Of a stretch of DNA of 64,000 bases, positions 63,440 to 64,000 are shown piece after piece. Location: NCBI GenBank assembly GCA_024679065.1, contig JAGIQG010000023.1, positions 10,230,001 through 10,294,000 of the forward strand, in the 5' to 3' direction. The translations under genes and the position numbers were made by a program. This DNA is from Sphyrna mokarran. Taxonomy: Eukaryota. Below the pieces are notes generated by a model, which saw only the letters and a program-made list of their open reading frames with translations, did not search any database and was not told the origin of the DNA. How positions within the stretch are numbered: the first letter of the stretch is position 1; the number at the start of each line of letters is the position of its first letter.

Positions 63440-63549
63440 TTCAGAGAGGGGGTGGGATCCTGAGTAGTTTGGATGTTAAGAGGGACGAGAGTAGGGGGGA
63501 TCATAGATGAGAACTGTAAAGCACAGCAGCGCACGGGTGGAGTAGGGCA

Positions 63550-64000
63550 TGGTTTGAAATGCGTATTCTTCAATGCAAGAAGTATTCGCAATAAGGTGGA
63601 GGAACTTGCAGCTTGGATCAGTACCTGGAACTTCGATGTTCAGAGACATGGATAGAGCAGGGACAGGAATGTTTGTTGCAGGTTCCAGGGTTCAAATGCT
63701 TCAGTCGGAGTAGAGAAGGAGGTAGAAGTGGGGGAGGAGTGGCATTATTAGTCAAAGACTGTATCGCAGTGACAGAAAGGAAGTTTGATGAGGACTTGTC
63801 TGTTGAGGTAGTATGGGCTGAGATTAGAAACAGGAGAGGAGAGGTCACCCTGTTGGGAGTCTTTTATAGACCTCCTAAAAGTTCTAGAGAGGTAGAGGAA
63901 AGGATTGCAAAGTCGATCCTGGACAGGAGTGAAAGTAATAGGGTAATTGTTATGGGGGACTTTAACTTTACTAATATTGATTGGAATAGCTATAGCTCTA
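63550..64000 (+). pseudogene. CR1 ORF2 endonuclease, frameshifted near 63640
   Basis: FDV|SETW: the expected intervening hydrophobic codons are missing and the frame changes. Confidence 0.8.

Larger units (their letters stand above)
62190..64000 (+). mobile_element. Near-full-length CR1 LINE, 5' portion (5'UTR, ORF1, start of ORF2)
   Basis: ORF1 followed by an APE endonuclease (NARSIRNK, SETW, GGGVALLV, FYRPP, MGDFN). Confidence 0.92.

Noticed and set aside
1-64000. CRISPR arrays, rRNA, true tRNA genes or prokaryotic systems
   Set aside because: The sequence is vertebrate intron-exon DNA; tRNA-like boxes belong to SINE heads and no regular repeat-spacer array was seen.

Overview
Eukaryotic, repeat-rich genomic DNA, most likely from a shark or other elasmobranch, judged by HE1-like tRNA SINEs, abundant CR1-type LINEs and Penelope remnants. 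The window holds two tandem plus-strand paralogues of a multi-exon immunoglobulin-superfamily receptor with CD300/pIgR/TREM-like V domains, alternating with C2/I-type domains (MDIR-like). Gene A (leader upstream of the window; exons 2224-18893) encodes V-C2-V-C2-stalk-TM-tail. Gene B (39050-56542, about 495 aa) encodes leader-V-C2-V-stalk-TM-tail. I reconstructed all exons by hand with consistent splice phases. The two copies show complementary domain deletions, a chimeric C2 exon, gene-conversion-like tracts, matched cysteine gains and losses, and independent loss of ITIMs. The 20 kb between the genes contains an orphan leader exon and a decayed minus-strand retrovirus with foamy/lokiretrovirus-like Pol and a paramyxo-F-like Env. 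It also contains Penelope and Harbinger remnants and three copies of a ~305 bp retroposon family whose two full copies have a U2-snRNA-derived head (candidate SINEU-like element). The window ends in a young CR1 LINE with an intact ORF1. All alignments were done by eye; no database searches were run.
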